Shown here piece after piece: positions 19,429-29,355 of a stretch of 62,577 bases of DNA. Below the pieces are notes generated by a model. It had not been told where the DNA came from and made no database searches. It saw only the letters and a list, made by a program, of their open reading frames with translations. The position numbers and the translations under genes were made by a program. This DNA comes from an uncultured Lachnospiraceae bacterium. Its GTDB lineage: Bacteria > Bacillota > Clostridia > Lachnospirales > Lachnospiraceae. The DNA lies in contig CACZTL010000004.1 in the NCBI GenBank assembly GCA_902784165.1, positions 1-62,577 of the forward strand, in the 5' to 3' direction. The stretch's first letter is position 1, and every line of letters starts with the position of its first letter.

Positions 19429-22005
19429 TTATAAAACCCCGGTATAAAAACCGGCGCTGTAGCTGTTCCCCTCTTGCTTATATCTTCCCTCACCAAAACG
19501 CTTAAGTAACTTACGTGTTTCTTTTGCATCCTCATCTGTCAGGTCGATACGAAACCTGTAAATGCCCGTGCTGCCTTTGATATCCTCTGTCAGACTGACC
19601 GGTGTATGGTCATAAATAACATTATTACAATATCTGCAATCCGGATAAGCAATGTACTCATTGCCTTTCTCATCGGAAAACTCAAAAGGCTTGTCGTCCC
19701 TCGTGCAGCACCCTGTCGTTTTTCTTACACAGTGTTCACTAAGCATAAGTACCATTCGTCCGTATCCTACAGCCTCAGTCTTTTCAGTCAGACCTATCTT
19801 ACTGATCTCATCGCTTTTAAGCTCAACCGGAGCCGTAAAAAGCTCATGATAAAACCCAAGGCTCCGGGTCAGACCCGCTAAAAACTCAGCGGCTCTGCTG
19901 TTATAAGCATACACCTGATAGTCAGAAACTATACTGTATTTTTTCCCGGTACCGCTGCTGCTGACAAAAAATGACAACGCACACAGTTCATCGGCGCTCC
20001 TGACTAAAAATCCGTCCGGATCAAGTTTTAAGGCAAGTTTTATATCCTCTTTAAAAAGCTTTATATGTCGCTCCCTGAAAAAATGCGGGAGCGTGACAAA
20101 AAGCTCATTGCCGCTATCTTTCAGTTTATTGAGAAGCGCTGTGTCATTTAAAACCTTCCTTAAAACACGCGTTGAAACATATATTCTTGACAGTACTGTC
20201 CCGCACTCAAGCACGGCTTTTAGCTGCTCGGATGTATTTACTGACGCGGAAAAAGCAAGCCTTTCGGGCACACTCCCGCTTATTATATCATTTTTTTCAT
20301 TAATAGCAAACAAAAAATTGCTTTTCACACTTTTTTTGTTGTTTTTATGCTTGCTCAATATTTCTTCAGTAAGCTTTAAAATCCCTTTTCGCCTGAGGTC
20401 ATTGACCCCCCCGTTAGATATAAATATCCCGTCATCAGCTTCTACAGTCACTTCTGAGCATGAAAAGTCGGTTCCGCCGAGCTTGCACAGCCTTTTTTTC
20501 AGATCCTCTTTTGTTACTCCGGCATTTTTTGCTTTCTGTACGGTTTCTCCTCTAACCTCTACCTGCGCTCCGCTTTCCGGGTGTAGTATTTTAAGTATCG
20601 CAGGCTTATCCTTTTTGACCGTAAGCTTCATCTTAATATTTATCCGGGAAAACCTCACCTTTAGTGTGTCAGAGCGGGGACAGTCCCTTTGTGTCAGTCC
20701 TGACACAAAGGGACTGTCCCCATCCTGACACACTGAGTCAACAAAGCTTGCGCGGATATATTCCTGCAAAGCGCTGTCATTCATACGGTACAGGATATCA
20801 TTTTTTCTTATTCCGTACTTGGACGGCAGGTTTATCTCAAACACCCCGCCTTTCTTTACAGCCTTGCCGCTTGTGAATGAATTGCCGGTAGTTATTTCAA
20901 ACACATCCCCCGGATTTATATCCTCAAGCGTCCGAAACCTGATATGACCTTTACGGTTTTCTTCAACTTTCAGCGCAGCAACTCCCCTGTTATTCGGACG
21001 ATCAAGAGACATAAGAGAAATCCCCTTTCTTCCGGTAAACATCCCTTCGCTAAATGATCCTCTGTTATAAAGCGCTGCAAGCTTTCTTTTGTCACGCTCA
21101 AGCTCTTCAGGATCAGCTTTAATCATACCATCGTAAAGTCTGTCCAAATATTTTCTGTAAATGTGGGTTACTCCCGCAGCATAATAAACATTTTTCATCC
21201 TTCCTTCTATTTTAAAGGATCTGACTCCTGCCGCCGCAATCTTAGGCAAGAGAGAAAGAGCCGCGATATCCCTTGTGCATAAAAGCCTGTTCTTATTCTT
21301 TCCGTCGTCAAACATAAGCCTGCATGGCTGTGCGCAGCTGCCGCGGTTGCCGCTTCTTTGCCCGTGCATAGACGAAAAAAGACACTGACCGGAATAAGAA
21401 TAACAAAGAGCCCCATGAACAAAAGCCTCCAGCTCTATCCCTGTATGATCATAAATACTTCTTATTTCTTCAAGTGTCATCTCTCGCGGAAGAACAACCC
21501 TGGAAACTCCGATCTCTTTCAGCTTGGCTGCAAAAAATCGAGTCATCACAGCCATCTGTGTGCTTGCATGAATATTAAGCTCAGGTATTTTCTCGCGAAT
21601 CAGACTCAAGCAGCCGTAGTCCTGTACTATAACGGCATCCAGCCCGGCGCTGTACAATTCCTTAAGAAAAGGTATTATCTTACCAATCTCTTCTTCTTTA
21701 AGTAATGTATTTACCGTCAAATAAATATTAGCGCCCCGCAGATGAGCGTAATCCAGCGCCTGAATTATCTCTTCAATGCTCAGATTACCTGCATACGCGC
21801 GTGCGCTAAAACTTTTTCCTCCGAGATAAACAGCATCTGCTCCGGCATTTATCACTGCTTTACAGATATCAAGACTGCCTGCCGGCGCAAGAAGCTCAAG
21901 CGTTCTCTTTTTGGCTGATGCTGCTGTTTCCGTTTCGGTTATTTTCATATTGTTTTTGTTTATTAACTTGTTTATCGAATTCTTTTTCTTTGTTGTCATA
22001 GGCAC
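19429..22005 (-). CDS. U32-family peptidase, long form, carrying an in-frame repeat insertion
   Basis: 858 aa. U32 signature EAFVHGALCYSYSGQCLFSS in the N-terminal half. Residues about 424-447 (SVCQDGDSPFVSGLTQRDCPRSDTL) are encoded by repeat copy 20663..20734. Start is GTG 22005 or ATG 21999 behind AAGGA. Confidence 0.85.
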   Translation of the reverse strand: MPMTTKKKNSINKLINKNNMKITETETAASAKKRTLELLAPAGSLDICKAVINAGADAVYLGGKSFSARAYAGNLSIEEIIQALDYAHLRGANIYLTVNTLLKEEEIGKIIPFLKELYSAGLDAVIVQDYGCLSLIREKIPELNIHASTQMAVMTRFFAAKLKEIGVSRVVLPREMTLEEIRSIYDHTGIELEAFVHGALCYSYSGQCLFSSMHGQRSGNRGSCAQPCRLMFDDGKNKNRLLCTRDIAALSLLPKIAAAGVRSFKIEGRMKNVYYAAGVTHIYRKYLDRLYDGMIKADPEELERDKRKLAALYNRGSFSEGMFTGRKGISLMSLDRPNNRGVAALKVEENRKGHIRFRTLEDINPGDVFEITTGNSFTSGKAVKKGGVFEINLPSKYGIRKNDILYRMNDSALQEYIRASFVDSVCQDGDSPFVSGLTQRDCPRSDTLKVRFSRINIKMKLTVKKDKPAILKILHPESGAQVEVRGETVQKAKNAGVTKEDLKKRLCKLGGTDFSCSEVTVEADDGIFISNGGVNDLRRKGILKLTEEILSKHKNNKKSVKSNFLFAINEKNDIISGSVPERLAFSASVNTSEQLKAVLECGTVLSRIYVSTRVLRKVLNDTALLNKLKDSGNELFVTLPHFFRERHIKLFKEDIKLALKLDPDGFLVRSADELCALSFFVSSSGTGKKYSIVSDYQVYAYNSRAAEFLAGLTRSLGFYHELFTAPVELKSDEISKIGLTEKTEAVGYGRMVLMLSEHCVRKTTGCCTRDDKPFEFSDEKGNEYIAYPDCRYCNNVIYDHTPVSLTEDIKGSTGIYRFRIDLTDEDAKETRKLLKRFGEGRYKQEGNSYSAGFYTGVL
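20663..20734. repeat. nested palindromic element, type A, full length, inside the U32 peptidase CDS
   Basis: AGTGTGTCAGAGCGGGGACAGTCCCTTTGTGTCAGTCCTGACACAAAGGGACTGTCCCCATCCTGACACACT. It is 72 bp (24 codons) and is read without a stop in the gene frame. Confidence 0.95.
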
Positions 22006-22375
22006 CGCCCGTCGTCCTTATTTCACTTTCGGGCTCTATATCAGGATTTTCTCCTCTCTTCAAGCGTGCAAGCTGCGTCTGAAGACCGGCAGCCTCATGC
22101 TTTATCTTATAAATATCCTGCTCTTTTTTTTCTATCTCACTTTTGAGTTCTTCATACTTTTGCTTCATCTTAAAATAGTCATCTGCTATATTAAGATGCA
22201 TAAGATACGCCCTGAGTACATCCGGCAGCTTATTAAAGCTGCTGTTTGCCTTAAGATCCCTTTCCTTGGCATTGATATAATTAGCAACCTTTTGCATATA
22301 TTCAACGCTCTCGTAGCCTGATATCTTATAGACCTTACCGTCTAAAAGAACCTCTAATTCTGTTTTTTCAGCCAT
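21896..22375 (-). CDS. zapA: cell division protein ZapA-like
   Basis: 159 aa. N-terminus LDGKVYKISGYESVEYMQKVANYIN followed by a coiled coil. The 3' ~110 nt overlap the U32 ORF. Confidence 0.65.
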   Translation of the reverse strand: MAEKTELEVLLDGKVYKISGYESVEYMQKVANYINAKERDLKANSSFNKLPDVLRAYLMHLNIADDYFKMKQKYEELKSEIEKKEQDIYKIKHEAAGLQTQLARLKRGENPDIEPESEIRTTGGAYDNKEKEFDKQVNKQKQYENNRNGNSSISQKENA

Positions 22376-22402
22376 GGCAACCTCCTTCCTCTGTCAAAAG
22401 CA

Positions 22403-22888
22403 CTAAACCTCAACACTGTCTGTCGGCGCAAAGCTGTCATGCTCTGTTATATCGAGATTAACATCTATGCCCCTCGGCTCAACAGGTGTTGAAAACACTA
22501 TCTGCGTCGATGTGCGTCCAAACTGCTGCAGCTGGCCGATAAATGAATCAAGCTCAAGCGTGCTCGGAAAAACCACCTTTAGCAGCATGGAATAATTACC
22601 GGTTACACAATTACACTCTACTACGCTCGGACATTCCTGCACAAACGGATAAAACTCCGGCTTTCTTGCAGGCGCTACCTCAAGATTGATAAAAGCAGTT
22701 ATATGATACCCTACCTTCAGTCTGTTTATCTTTGCCTCATATCCGGTTATAATACCTTCCTTCTCAAGTCGTTCTATCCTGGCAGAAACGGCAGGTGATG
22801 ACAGAAAAACCTGTTCAGCAAGAGTCTTAAGTGGCATCCTTGCGTTTTCCTGCAGCAGTGTAACTAATTTCTTATCAATTTTATCCAT
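22403..22888 (-). CDS. Lrp/AsnC-family transcriptional regulator
   Basis: 161 aa. HTH LKTLAEQVFLSSPAVSARIERLEKEGII plus a C-terminal RAM-type domain. Confidence 0.9.
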   Translation of the reverse strand: MDKIDKKLVTLLQENARMPLKTLAEQVFLSSPAVSARIERLEKEGIITGYEAKINRLKVGYHITAFINLEVAPARKPEFYPFVQECPSVVECNCVTGNYSMLLKVVFPSTLELDSFIGQLQQFGRTSTQIVFSTPVEPRGIDVNLDITEHDSFAPTDSVEV

Positions 22889-22911
22889 ATCTCCTCCGCT
22901 TTATCCCCCGC

Positions 22912-22945
22912 AGTGCATCCATGGGGACGTATGTCTTTAACACAC
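22912..22945. repeat. possible highly degenerate element remnant
   Basis: AGTGCATCCATGGGGACGTATGTCTTTAACACAC, in the leader of the Lrp/AsnC gene. Only partial identity to the consensus. Confidence 0.3.
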
Positions 22946-23025
22946 CAAATGCAGGGTGCCAAACAGCAACCTTCATAAAGACTTTCAAAAATTAAGTAAA
23001 TACTTTTTATTTTTAATCGCAAAGT

Positions 23026-23054
23026 ATTATACACTTAATCAGCAGAATAATCAA
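23026..23054 (-). promoter_or_regulatory. promoter of the Lrp/AsnC gene (TTGATT-17-TATAAT)
   Basis: Minus strand: -35 at 23049..23054, -10 at 23026..23031. Leader about 130 nt. Confidence 0.5.
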
Positions 23055-23138
23055 TGTAATTTTTTCTTTTTTCCATAAATATTTAATTAAAAACAACAAA
23101 AAACTTAACTATAATAAGTATAATGCTATACTGCTCAC

Positions 23139-25010
23139 CTAACAAAACAAAGTAAGCGGTTTTAAAAATGAAGAAGCTGCGGTTTTTTTATTTCCCGAGC
23201 TTTTGTGACAGCTTATGATAAGCCGATCCTTTGCCCGCGTCATGCCTACATAAAACAAGCGCCGCTCCTCTTCATCCATGCCTTTCTCAACCGCTTTGCG
23301 ATAAGGAATAAGACCTTCATTGGCATTTAATATCCATACACTGTCAAACTCTAACCCCTTTGATGCATGAAGGGTCATTACGTATACATTGCTTTTTTCT
23401 GAATTACCGGAAATCTTTCCCTTAGCTATATCAACCCGCACAACCTCATCTGTGTAATTAACCAGACTCTCAGGTGTTGAAAAATCCTTTGCAAACTCAG
23501 TGAAGCTATTCATACGCTCCTCGCATATCTCATAATCATCTCCCGATGATAAAAACTTATCTTTAAAATACCGGTCTATGCCGCAGACATTTCTGATAAA
23601 CATTACCTGCACAGACGGCTGCATATCCTGCAAAAGCTCTGTTTTTTGCTGCAAATCACACACAGAACGCTTCAAAATCCCGTTACCCTCCGCATATCTT
23701 TGAAGTTTTAAAAATGCCGTATCCTGATCACCATCGCAGCAAACCGATAATACCTGCGCTGACAGTGGCACATCTGAAGTCTTAAACGCATTTACAAAAT
23801 CCTTAAGCGTACCACGTTTAAGTGACAAACGAATATACGATAATATCATATTTACAGAGGCATGATCGAATGGATCGGCGTTTTTAAGAGAGCTGTTAAA
23901 CGCAATCCCCTTATTCTTAAAAAAGCTGCAAACAAGCTCTGCTTCATAATTTGTTCTGGTCAGAACAGCAAAGCTTTCGTTTGGTTTCTGTCTGTTTTCC
24001 GTCAGTTGATCATAAATACCCTTCATCTCATCATAAGGTGTATTAAAAGTTTTGACATGAACGCAGGATCCTGCATATCTTGAATTATAACGTGAGATTA
24101 TTTCTTTAGGAAAGCGGGATTTGTTTTCCCGGATGACAATGTTAGCCGCTTCGGTTATATCGGCACTGCACCTGTAATTATCTTTAAGGATAAAGCATTC
24201 ATACTCCGGATATAAAGAGCTAAACACCCTGAATATCTCAGGAGAAGCTCCTCTGAAGGAATAAATGGACTGATCGTCATCACCAACTGCAAATATATTT
24301 TTCTTTACGGAAATTTCATTTAGCAGATATAACTGCGATATGCTCGTATCCTGAAATTCATCAGCCAAAATATACTCAAATCCCAATCGGCTTTTAAGGA
24401 TATCAGGATCATTTTTTATGCAGCTTCTTGCCAGATACGTCATATCATCAAAATCGTAATAGGCATTTTGCTTTAAAAATGAAACATACGCGGGATATAT
24501 GTCCGCAAAAAGCTCTTTATCCGCAAAGTGAGTTTCGTACTCCCGCAAAAACGTAAGCTCCGATTGTGTACCGGTTGCACCGCTTTCCTCACAAACGGAT
24601 TTAAACCTTGATATCTCCATAGAAACGTCACGATAATGCTTATCCGCGGCCGCCCTGTAGCTGCCGTACTTTGAAATCATCTGCAATAAAAGAGCGCGTT
24701 TTACCTTATCCGGTACAAGCGCAGCTTTCGTATGTTTTCCGGTATTGATGATATGATAGCAGAGAGAATGTATCGTCGAAAATCTGACATCCGAAATACC
24801 TGTCATATCATAAAATCTTTTTTCCATGTTTCTTGCGGCAGCCTTTGCAAATGTAACGACGAGTATATGCGGCGGTGCAACACCTTTCGCAATAAGGTTT
24901 TTTACCCTGTTTATGATAACGGCTGTTTTTCCGCTTCCGGGACCGGCTATACATAAAGCAGGTCCTTGAATATGCATTACCGCTGCAGTCTGTTCTTTTG
25001 ATAACTTCAT
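23139..25010 (-). CDS. UvrD/Rep-family SF1 DNA helicase
   Basis: 623 aa. Walker A AGPGSGKTA and motif II ILADEFQDTS. Confidence 0.85.
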   Translation of the reverse strand: MKLSKEQTAAVMHIQGPALCIAGPGSGKTAVIINRVKNLIAKGVAPPHILVVTFAKAAARNMEKRFYDMTGISDVRFSTIHSLCYHIINTGKHTKAALVPDKVKRALLLQMISKYGSYRAAADKHYRDVSMEISRFKSVCEESGATGTQSELTFLREYETHFADKELFADIYPAYVSFLKQNAYYDFDDMTYLARSCIKNDPDILKSRLGFEYILADEFQDTSISQLYLLNEISVKKNIFAVGDDDQSIYSFRGASPEIFRVFSSLYPEYECFILKDNYRCSADITEAANIVIRENKSRFPKEIISRYNSRYAGSCVHVKTFNTPYDEMKGIYDQLTENRQKPNESFAVLTRTNYEAELVCSFFKNKGIAFNSSLKNADPFDHASVNMILSYIRLSLKRGTLKDFVNAFKTSDVPLSAQVLSVCCDGDQDTAFLKLQRYAEGNGILKRSVCDLQQKTELLQDMQPSVQVMFIRNVCGIDRYFKDKFLSSGDDYEICEERMNSFTEFAKDFSTPESLVNYTDEVVRVDIAKGKISGNSEKSNVYVMTLHASKGLEFDSVWILNANEGLIPYRKAVEKGMDEEERRLFYVGMTRAKDRLIISCHKSSGNKKTAASSFLKPLTLFC

Positions 25011-25074
25011 TTCTCCCCCCTCTTTTTACAAATACTAAATGTCAACCGGCACAATAAGCGTGACACTTTTATAA

Positions 25075-26253
25075 TCAAATGACAATAAGTTCTGCTGTCT
25101 CGATCGCTTTATCCACCATCGGCTCCACTATTCCCTCCAGCCTCTTCTCATGCCTCTCTATGGCATCAAGTCTGGGCTTTGTAACGGGATGCTTTGCCAC
25201 AAATATAGTACAGCAATCCTCATATGGCTGGATAGAGGTTTCATAAGTCCCGATCTCCATCGCCTTTTCAACTATATCCTGCTTATCAAAAGCTATAAGA
25301 GGTCTGTACACCGGGAGCTCACACACCGCATTGGTACACAAAAGCCCCTGCATAGTTTGGCTTGCCACCTGCCCTATACTCTCTCCCGTTATAAGTCCTG
25401 TACAGCCCTCCTTTTTTGCCAGACTCTGCGCGATACGCATCATAAACCGACGCATGATTATGGTCATTTCATCATGCGGACAGTTTTTATATATCTCAAG
25501 CTGGATTTCCGTAAAATCTATAACATAAAGCTTCAAAGCCCCCGAATACTGCGAGACGATCCGCGCAAGATCTGCAACTTTTTGCTTTGCCCTCTCGCTT
25601 GTGTAAGGCGGAGCATGAAAATACGCTGCGCAAAGCTTAACACCTCTTTTTGATACCATATATCCCGCTACCGGCGAATCAATGCCGCCTGACAAAAGCA
25701 GCATAGCGCTCCCCGCCGTCCCTACCGGCATGCCGCCCGGTCCCTTTATAGCTTTCGAATAAATATTTATAACATTTCTTATCTCAACACTAAGCAATAC
25801 GTCCGGGTTATGAACATCTACGGAAAGCTCCGGATAGGCCTCAAGGAGGTCATGCCCAAGCTCTTCATTTATCTGCATGGAATTAAGAGGATAATTTTTC
25901 CTGGCTCTTCTTGCATCCACCTTAAATGTAAAACTTTTATCCTTATACTCTTTGTCAAAAAACTCAATTACATTTTTGCTTAGGTCATCATATCCGTTAT
26001 CCTCTATTTGGAATACGGGACAGATCCACACCAGCCCGAAAACCTTTTTAAGCCGGCAAACCGCATCATCATAGTCAAACTCATTCTCTGCTGATGCGTA
26101 TATTCTTCCCGACTCCTTAGTCACCTTAAAATCGCCGTCCGCGCCTTCAAGAGCACGCTCAACGGAACGCACCAGCGCATCCTCGAAAAGATGACGATTT
26201 TTCCCTTTGACTCCTATTTCTCCGTATTTAAGTAAAAATGCTTTATACATCAT
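25075..26253 (-). CDS. thiI: tRNA 4-thiouridine(8) synthase ThiI
   Basis: 392 aa. THUMP-type N-terminal half and PP-loop LSGGIDSPVA. Confidence 0.9.
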   Translation of the reverse strand: MMYKAFLLKYGEIGVKGKNRHLFEDALVRSVERALEGADGDFKVTKESGRIYASAENEFDYDDAVCRLKKVFGLVWICPVFQIEDNGYDDLSKNVIEFFDKEYKDKSFTFKVDARRARKNYPLNSMQINEELGHDLLEAYPELSVDVHNPDVLLSVEIRNVINIYSKAIKGPGGMPVGTAGSAMLLLSGGIDSPVAGYMVSKRGVKLCAAYFHAPPYTSERAKQKVADLARIVSQYSGALKLYVIDFTEIQLEIYKNCPHDEMTIIMRRFMMRIAQSLAKKEGCTGLITGESIGQVASQTMQGLLCTNAVCELPVYRPLIAFDKQDIVEKAMEIGTYETSIQPYEDCCTIFVAKHPVTKPRLDAIERHEKRLEGIVEPMVDKAIETAELIVI

Positions 26254-26285
26254 TATTTCTCCGATTTTTTATACAATTTTTTTAA

Positions 26286-26355
26286 AGTGTGTCAGACGGG
26301 GACAGTCCCTTTGTGTCAGGTCTGACACAAAGGGACTGTCCCCGTCTGACACACT
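26286..26355. repeat. nested palindromic element, type A, full length
   Basis: Perfect arms with spacers AC/GT. Lies 18 nt downstream of the cysteine desulfurase stop and upstream of thiI. Confidence 0.95.
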
Positions 26356-26373
26356 TTGCCCTCTATATTCAGC

Positions 26374-27534
26374 TTACCTGCGCACAAACTGGCGCAAAAA
26401 AGGCACATGTTTTTTCAGCAGCTCTAACACCCTGTCTGTATCTTGCTTGTCAGTTTCAAAGCTAAAGCTAAACCTGATGATACTGTCAAGCTCCTCCCCT
26501 GTCGCACCCATAGCGGCAAGCGAAAAACTAAGTCCCGGTTTGTTTGATGAGCAAGCCGATCCCGAAGAAACATACACCCCATCGCTTTCAAGCTGATGAA
26601 GAAGAACCTCACTTTTTATGCCTTTAAATGCCGCGCATACTATATGAGGCGCAGCTGTTTTTAAATCCTGACAAAACACCTTTACATCTTCTATAGACAT
26701 CAGACCGTCAATAAAGCATTTCCGTATTTCACTCATTTTTGAAATCTTTTCTTCAAATGAATCTTCATAGACCTGTTCAAGCGCCTTGCTCATGCCAGCT
26801 ATTCCCGGCACATTTTCCGTACCGGAGCGAAAACCTTTTTGTTGTCCGCCTCCGCAGAGAAGAGGCTCACATTTCGTACCGTCTTTAATATAAAGAAATC
26901 CTACCCCCTTCGGTCCATGAAATTTATGAGCCGATGCCGTAACCATATCAGCTTTTATCTTTCCGGGTAACACTTTCAGTTTACCAAAGGCCTGTACGGC
27001 GTCCACATGAAAATATATATCTTTATTGTATTCCTTTATGACTGACCCGAGCTCCTCCACCGGCTGTATCGCTCCCGTTTCGTTATGAACATACATGATC
27101 GACACAAGCGTTGTTTCCTCAGTAAGGACGCTTTTAAGTTGTGACGCACTTATAAGACCTTTCTCATCAGGATCCAGATATGTTACCTTAAACCCTTCCT
27201 TTTCAAGCAAAAGAAAAGGCTCTCTGACACTCGGATGTTCCAGTTTAGTCGTTATGATATGCGTGCCGGATCTTATCCTTCTTCTTGCGGCTCCTATGAT
27301 AGCGGTATTATTGCCCTCTGTTGCACCTGAAGTAAAAAAAATCTCCTTCTCCTGTACTTTCATAAGAGAAGCTATTGTTTTACTTGATTCTTTTAAGACC
27401 TTCTCCGCCTCTACCCCCTTCATATGCTTTGAGGACGGATTGCCGTATGCGGTTCTCATCATTTCACATACCGTATCTGTTACGGCATCAAGCGGACGGG
27501 TAGTCGCCGCATTATCCATATATATTTCTTTCAT
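26374..27534 (-). CDS. cysteine desulfurase (NifS/IscS type)
   Basis: Start taken at ATG 27534 (MKEIYMDNAATT). PLP-Lys SAHKFHGPKG and active-site Cys SSGSACSS. Adjacent to thiI. Confidence 0.88.
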   Translation of the reverse strand: MKEIYMDNAATTRPLDAVTDTVCEMMRTAYGNPSSKHMKGVEAEKVLKESSKTIASLMKVQEKEIFFTSGATEGNNTAIIGAARRRIRSGTHIITTKLEHPSVREPFLLLEKEGFKVTYLDPDEKGLISASQLKSVLTEETTLVSIMYVHNETGAIQPVEELGSVIKEYNKDIYFHVDAVQAFGKLKVLPGKIKADMVTASAHKFHGPKGVGFLYIKDGTKCEPLLCGGGQQKGFRSGTENVPGIAGMSKALEQVYEDSFEEKISKMSEIRKCFIDGLMSIEDVKVFCQDLKTAAPHIVCAAFKGIKSEVLLHQLESDGVYVSSGSACSSNKPGLSFSLAAMGATGEELDSIIRFSFSFETDKQDTDRVLELLKKHVPFLRQFVRR

Positions 27535-27574
27535 TTTATTACGGACTCCCATGTAATAAATATATTAATTAACC

Positions 27575-27608
27575 GGTGTTTCAATGAGGACGGTTCTACT
27601 GTCACACT
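27575..27608 (+). repeat. type B short element (degenerate)
   Basis: GGTGTTTCAATGAGGACGGTTCTACTGTCACACT, between the rsmE stop and the cysteine desulfurase start. Confidence 0.8.
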
Positions 27609-27630
27609 AAACCGGAAATTTCGACATATA

Positions 27631-28371
27631 TCAGTCAGCTTCCGTCAAAAACCCTAAAACCGAAAGCACGAAAATCGCAGCCGTTTCGGTGCGCAGAATT
27701 CGCCTTCCAAGCGTTACCGTTTTCACACCCGCCGCCTCCGCAAGCTGCGCCTCTTTATTTGAAAACCCGCCCTCCGGTCCGATAAAAAGTGCCACACTCT
27801 CGCCCGGCATTATTTCGGAAAACACCTTACGCGTGAAAGCAAAGCCTTCGGCACACTCATAAGGAAAGATCAGATGGTCAAAATCCACAGCTTTCGCCAA
27901 TGCTTCTTCAAATGTAACAGGCTCCGAAACAAGACATACTTTACTGCGCCTGCTCTGCTCGGAAGCACCAAGAGCCACCTTTTCCCAGCGCGCAAGTTTA
28001 CTTTTTTTCTTTTTATCATCAAGCCTTACGATACTGCGTTCAGTCATGACGGGTATGATTTCCGAAGCGCCCAGTTCTGTGCATTTCTGTATCACAAGCT
28101 CCATTTTATCGCCTTTTGGTATTCCCTGAAACACACTCACTCTTATCGGAAGCTCGGTATCAGCTTCAAAAATATCCTTAACGCTGCATATCACTTTGTT
28201 TTCTTCAAATTCTGACACTGAGCATAAATATGACAGATTACCGCCTGTCTTTACAAGGATCTCATCACCTTTTGCAAGGCGCAGCACATTTTTTATATGA
28301 TGATAATTATCCCCCGTAAGAACAACCGTCTTATCTGAGACATCCGATCTGTCTGTAAAAAATACTCTCAT
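27631..28371 (-). CDS. rsmE: 16S rRNA (uracil1498-N3)-methyltransferase RsmE
   Basis: ATG 28371 overlaps the prmA stop (ATGA). SPOUT C-terminal block IGPEGGFS. Confidence 0.85.
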   Translation of the reverse strand: MRVFFTDRSDVSDKTVVLTGDNYHHIKNVLRLAKGDEILVKTGGNLSYLCSVSEFEENKVICSVKDIFEADTELPIRVSVFQGIPKGDKMELVIQKCTELGASEIIPVMTERSIVRLDDKKKKSKLARWEKVALGASEQSRRSKVCLVSEPVTFEEALAKAVDFDHLIFPYECAEGFAFTRKVFSEIMPGESVALFIGPEGGFSNKEAQLAEAAGVKTVTLGRRILRTETAAIFVLSVLGFLTEAD

Positions 28372-29333
28372 CAGTCTTTCTTCCTTGAAACTATAGCCAT
28401 CCATTCACCTTCATACAAAGTCTCAATTATATCAAGGCTTTTATTTTTTTCAAGAGCCGCTTTTACCTCTTCCTCTTTTTCAAGAAGAATTCCCGAATAA
28501 ATAAGAACCGCTTCAGACTTCATATGTTTGTCAACATCGGTTGAAAGCGGCACAAGCACCTCCGGAAGGATATTAGCCAGCACCATGTTATACTTTAAAA
28601 AACCGCATTCTTTTTTAAACGCTTCATCTGTTACTATATTCCCCCTTGCAAATGTAACATCTCTCGTATCCTTAACATTGGCCCGAAGATTTTCTTCAGA
28701 TGCAGCTACCGCCAGCTTATCAAGGTCAGTCCCCATGCACTCTCCGGCGCCGTACAGCTTTGCGACTATGGTCAGGATGCCGCTGCCGCAGCCTATATCA
28801 AGAACCGTATCACCGGGTTTAAGATACTTTTGTATGGCAGTTATACAAAGCTTAGTAGTCTCATGTCCTCCCGTTCCGAAGGCTGTCCCCGGATCAAGGC
28901 TTAGAATCTTTTGCCCCTGCATATCGGGAGTTACCTCCTCCCATGAAGGCTTTATATACAGATCGTTTATCTTTATCGTATGCCAGTACTTTTTCCAGTT
29001 ATGCGCCCAGTCAGTATTCTCCAGACGTCCCTTATCTGCCAAAAAATCAATATCCTGATAAAACTCCTTAAGCTCAGCTATAGCAGCCTCCGCACATTTC
29101 TGAAGCTTATCGCATTCCGGATCATCCTCATCGATGTAAAAGCTTATTACCGCTTTTCCGTCATCATCCTGCTGTGTCGGCAGTATCTCCGTAAACACTC
29201 CATCCAACTGTTCGGGAGGCACCGGAAGCTTATCTTGAATTTCTATGGACGTGATACCATGATCATAAAGGACGGATGATATAATATCTTCGGCTTCTGC
29301 AGTTGTTTTTATATCATATTTTATCCAAGCCAT
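28371..29333 (-). CDS. prmA: ribosomal protein L11 methyltransferase
   Basis: ATG 29333 behind AGGGGA. SAM-binding VLDIGCGSGILT. Confidence 0.9.
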   Translation of the reverse strand: MAWIKYDIKTTAEAEDIISSVLYDHGITSIEIQDKLPVPPEQLDGVFTEILPTQQDDDGKAVISFYIDEDDPECDKLQKCAEAAIAELKEFYQDIDFLADKGRLENTDWAHNWKKYWHTIKINDLYIKPSWEEVTPDMQGQKILSLDPGTAFGTGGHETTKLCITAIQKYLKPGDTVLDIGCGSGILTIVAKLYGAGECMGTDLDKLAVAASEENLRANVKDTRDVTFARGNIVTDEAFKKECGFLKYNMVLANILPEVLVPLSTDVDKHMKSEAVLIYSGILLEKEEEVKAALEKNKSLDIIETLYEGEWMAIVSRKKD

Positions 29334-29355
29334 TTTTCTTCCCCTTGTCAGATAA

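Noticed and set aside
21896-22005. The ~110-nt overlap between the zapA-like ORF and the U32 peptidase ORF as evidence of a frameshift or pseudogene.
   Set aside because: Both ORFs are intact with sensible N-terminal domains. The overlap shrinks to about 50 nt if the U32 start is ATG 21948, although that codon lacks an RBS. The ZapA tail is low-complexity. There is not enough evidence for a disruption.
25039-25067. ATGTCAACCGGCACAATAAGCGTGACACT as another type B element copy.
   Set aside because: Only the GTCAA and GTGACAC ends match and the interior is unrelated, so it is too degenerate to call.
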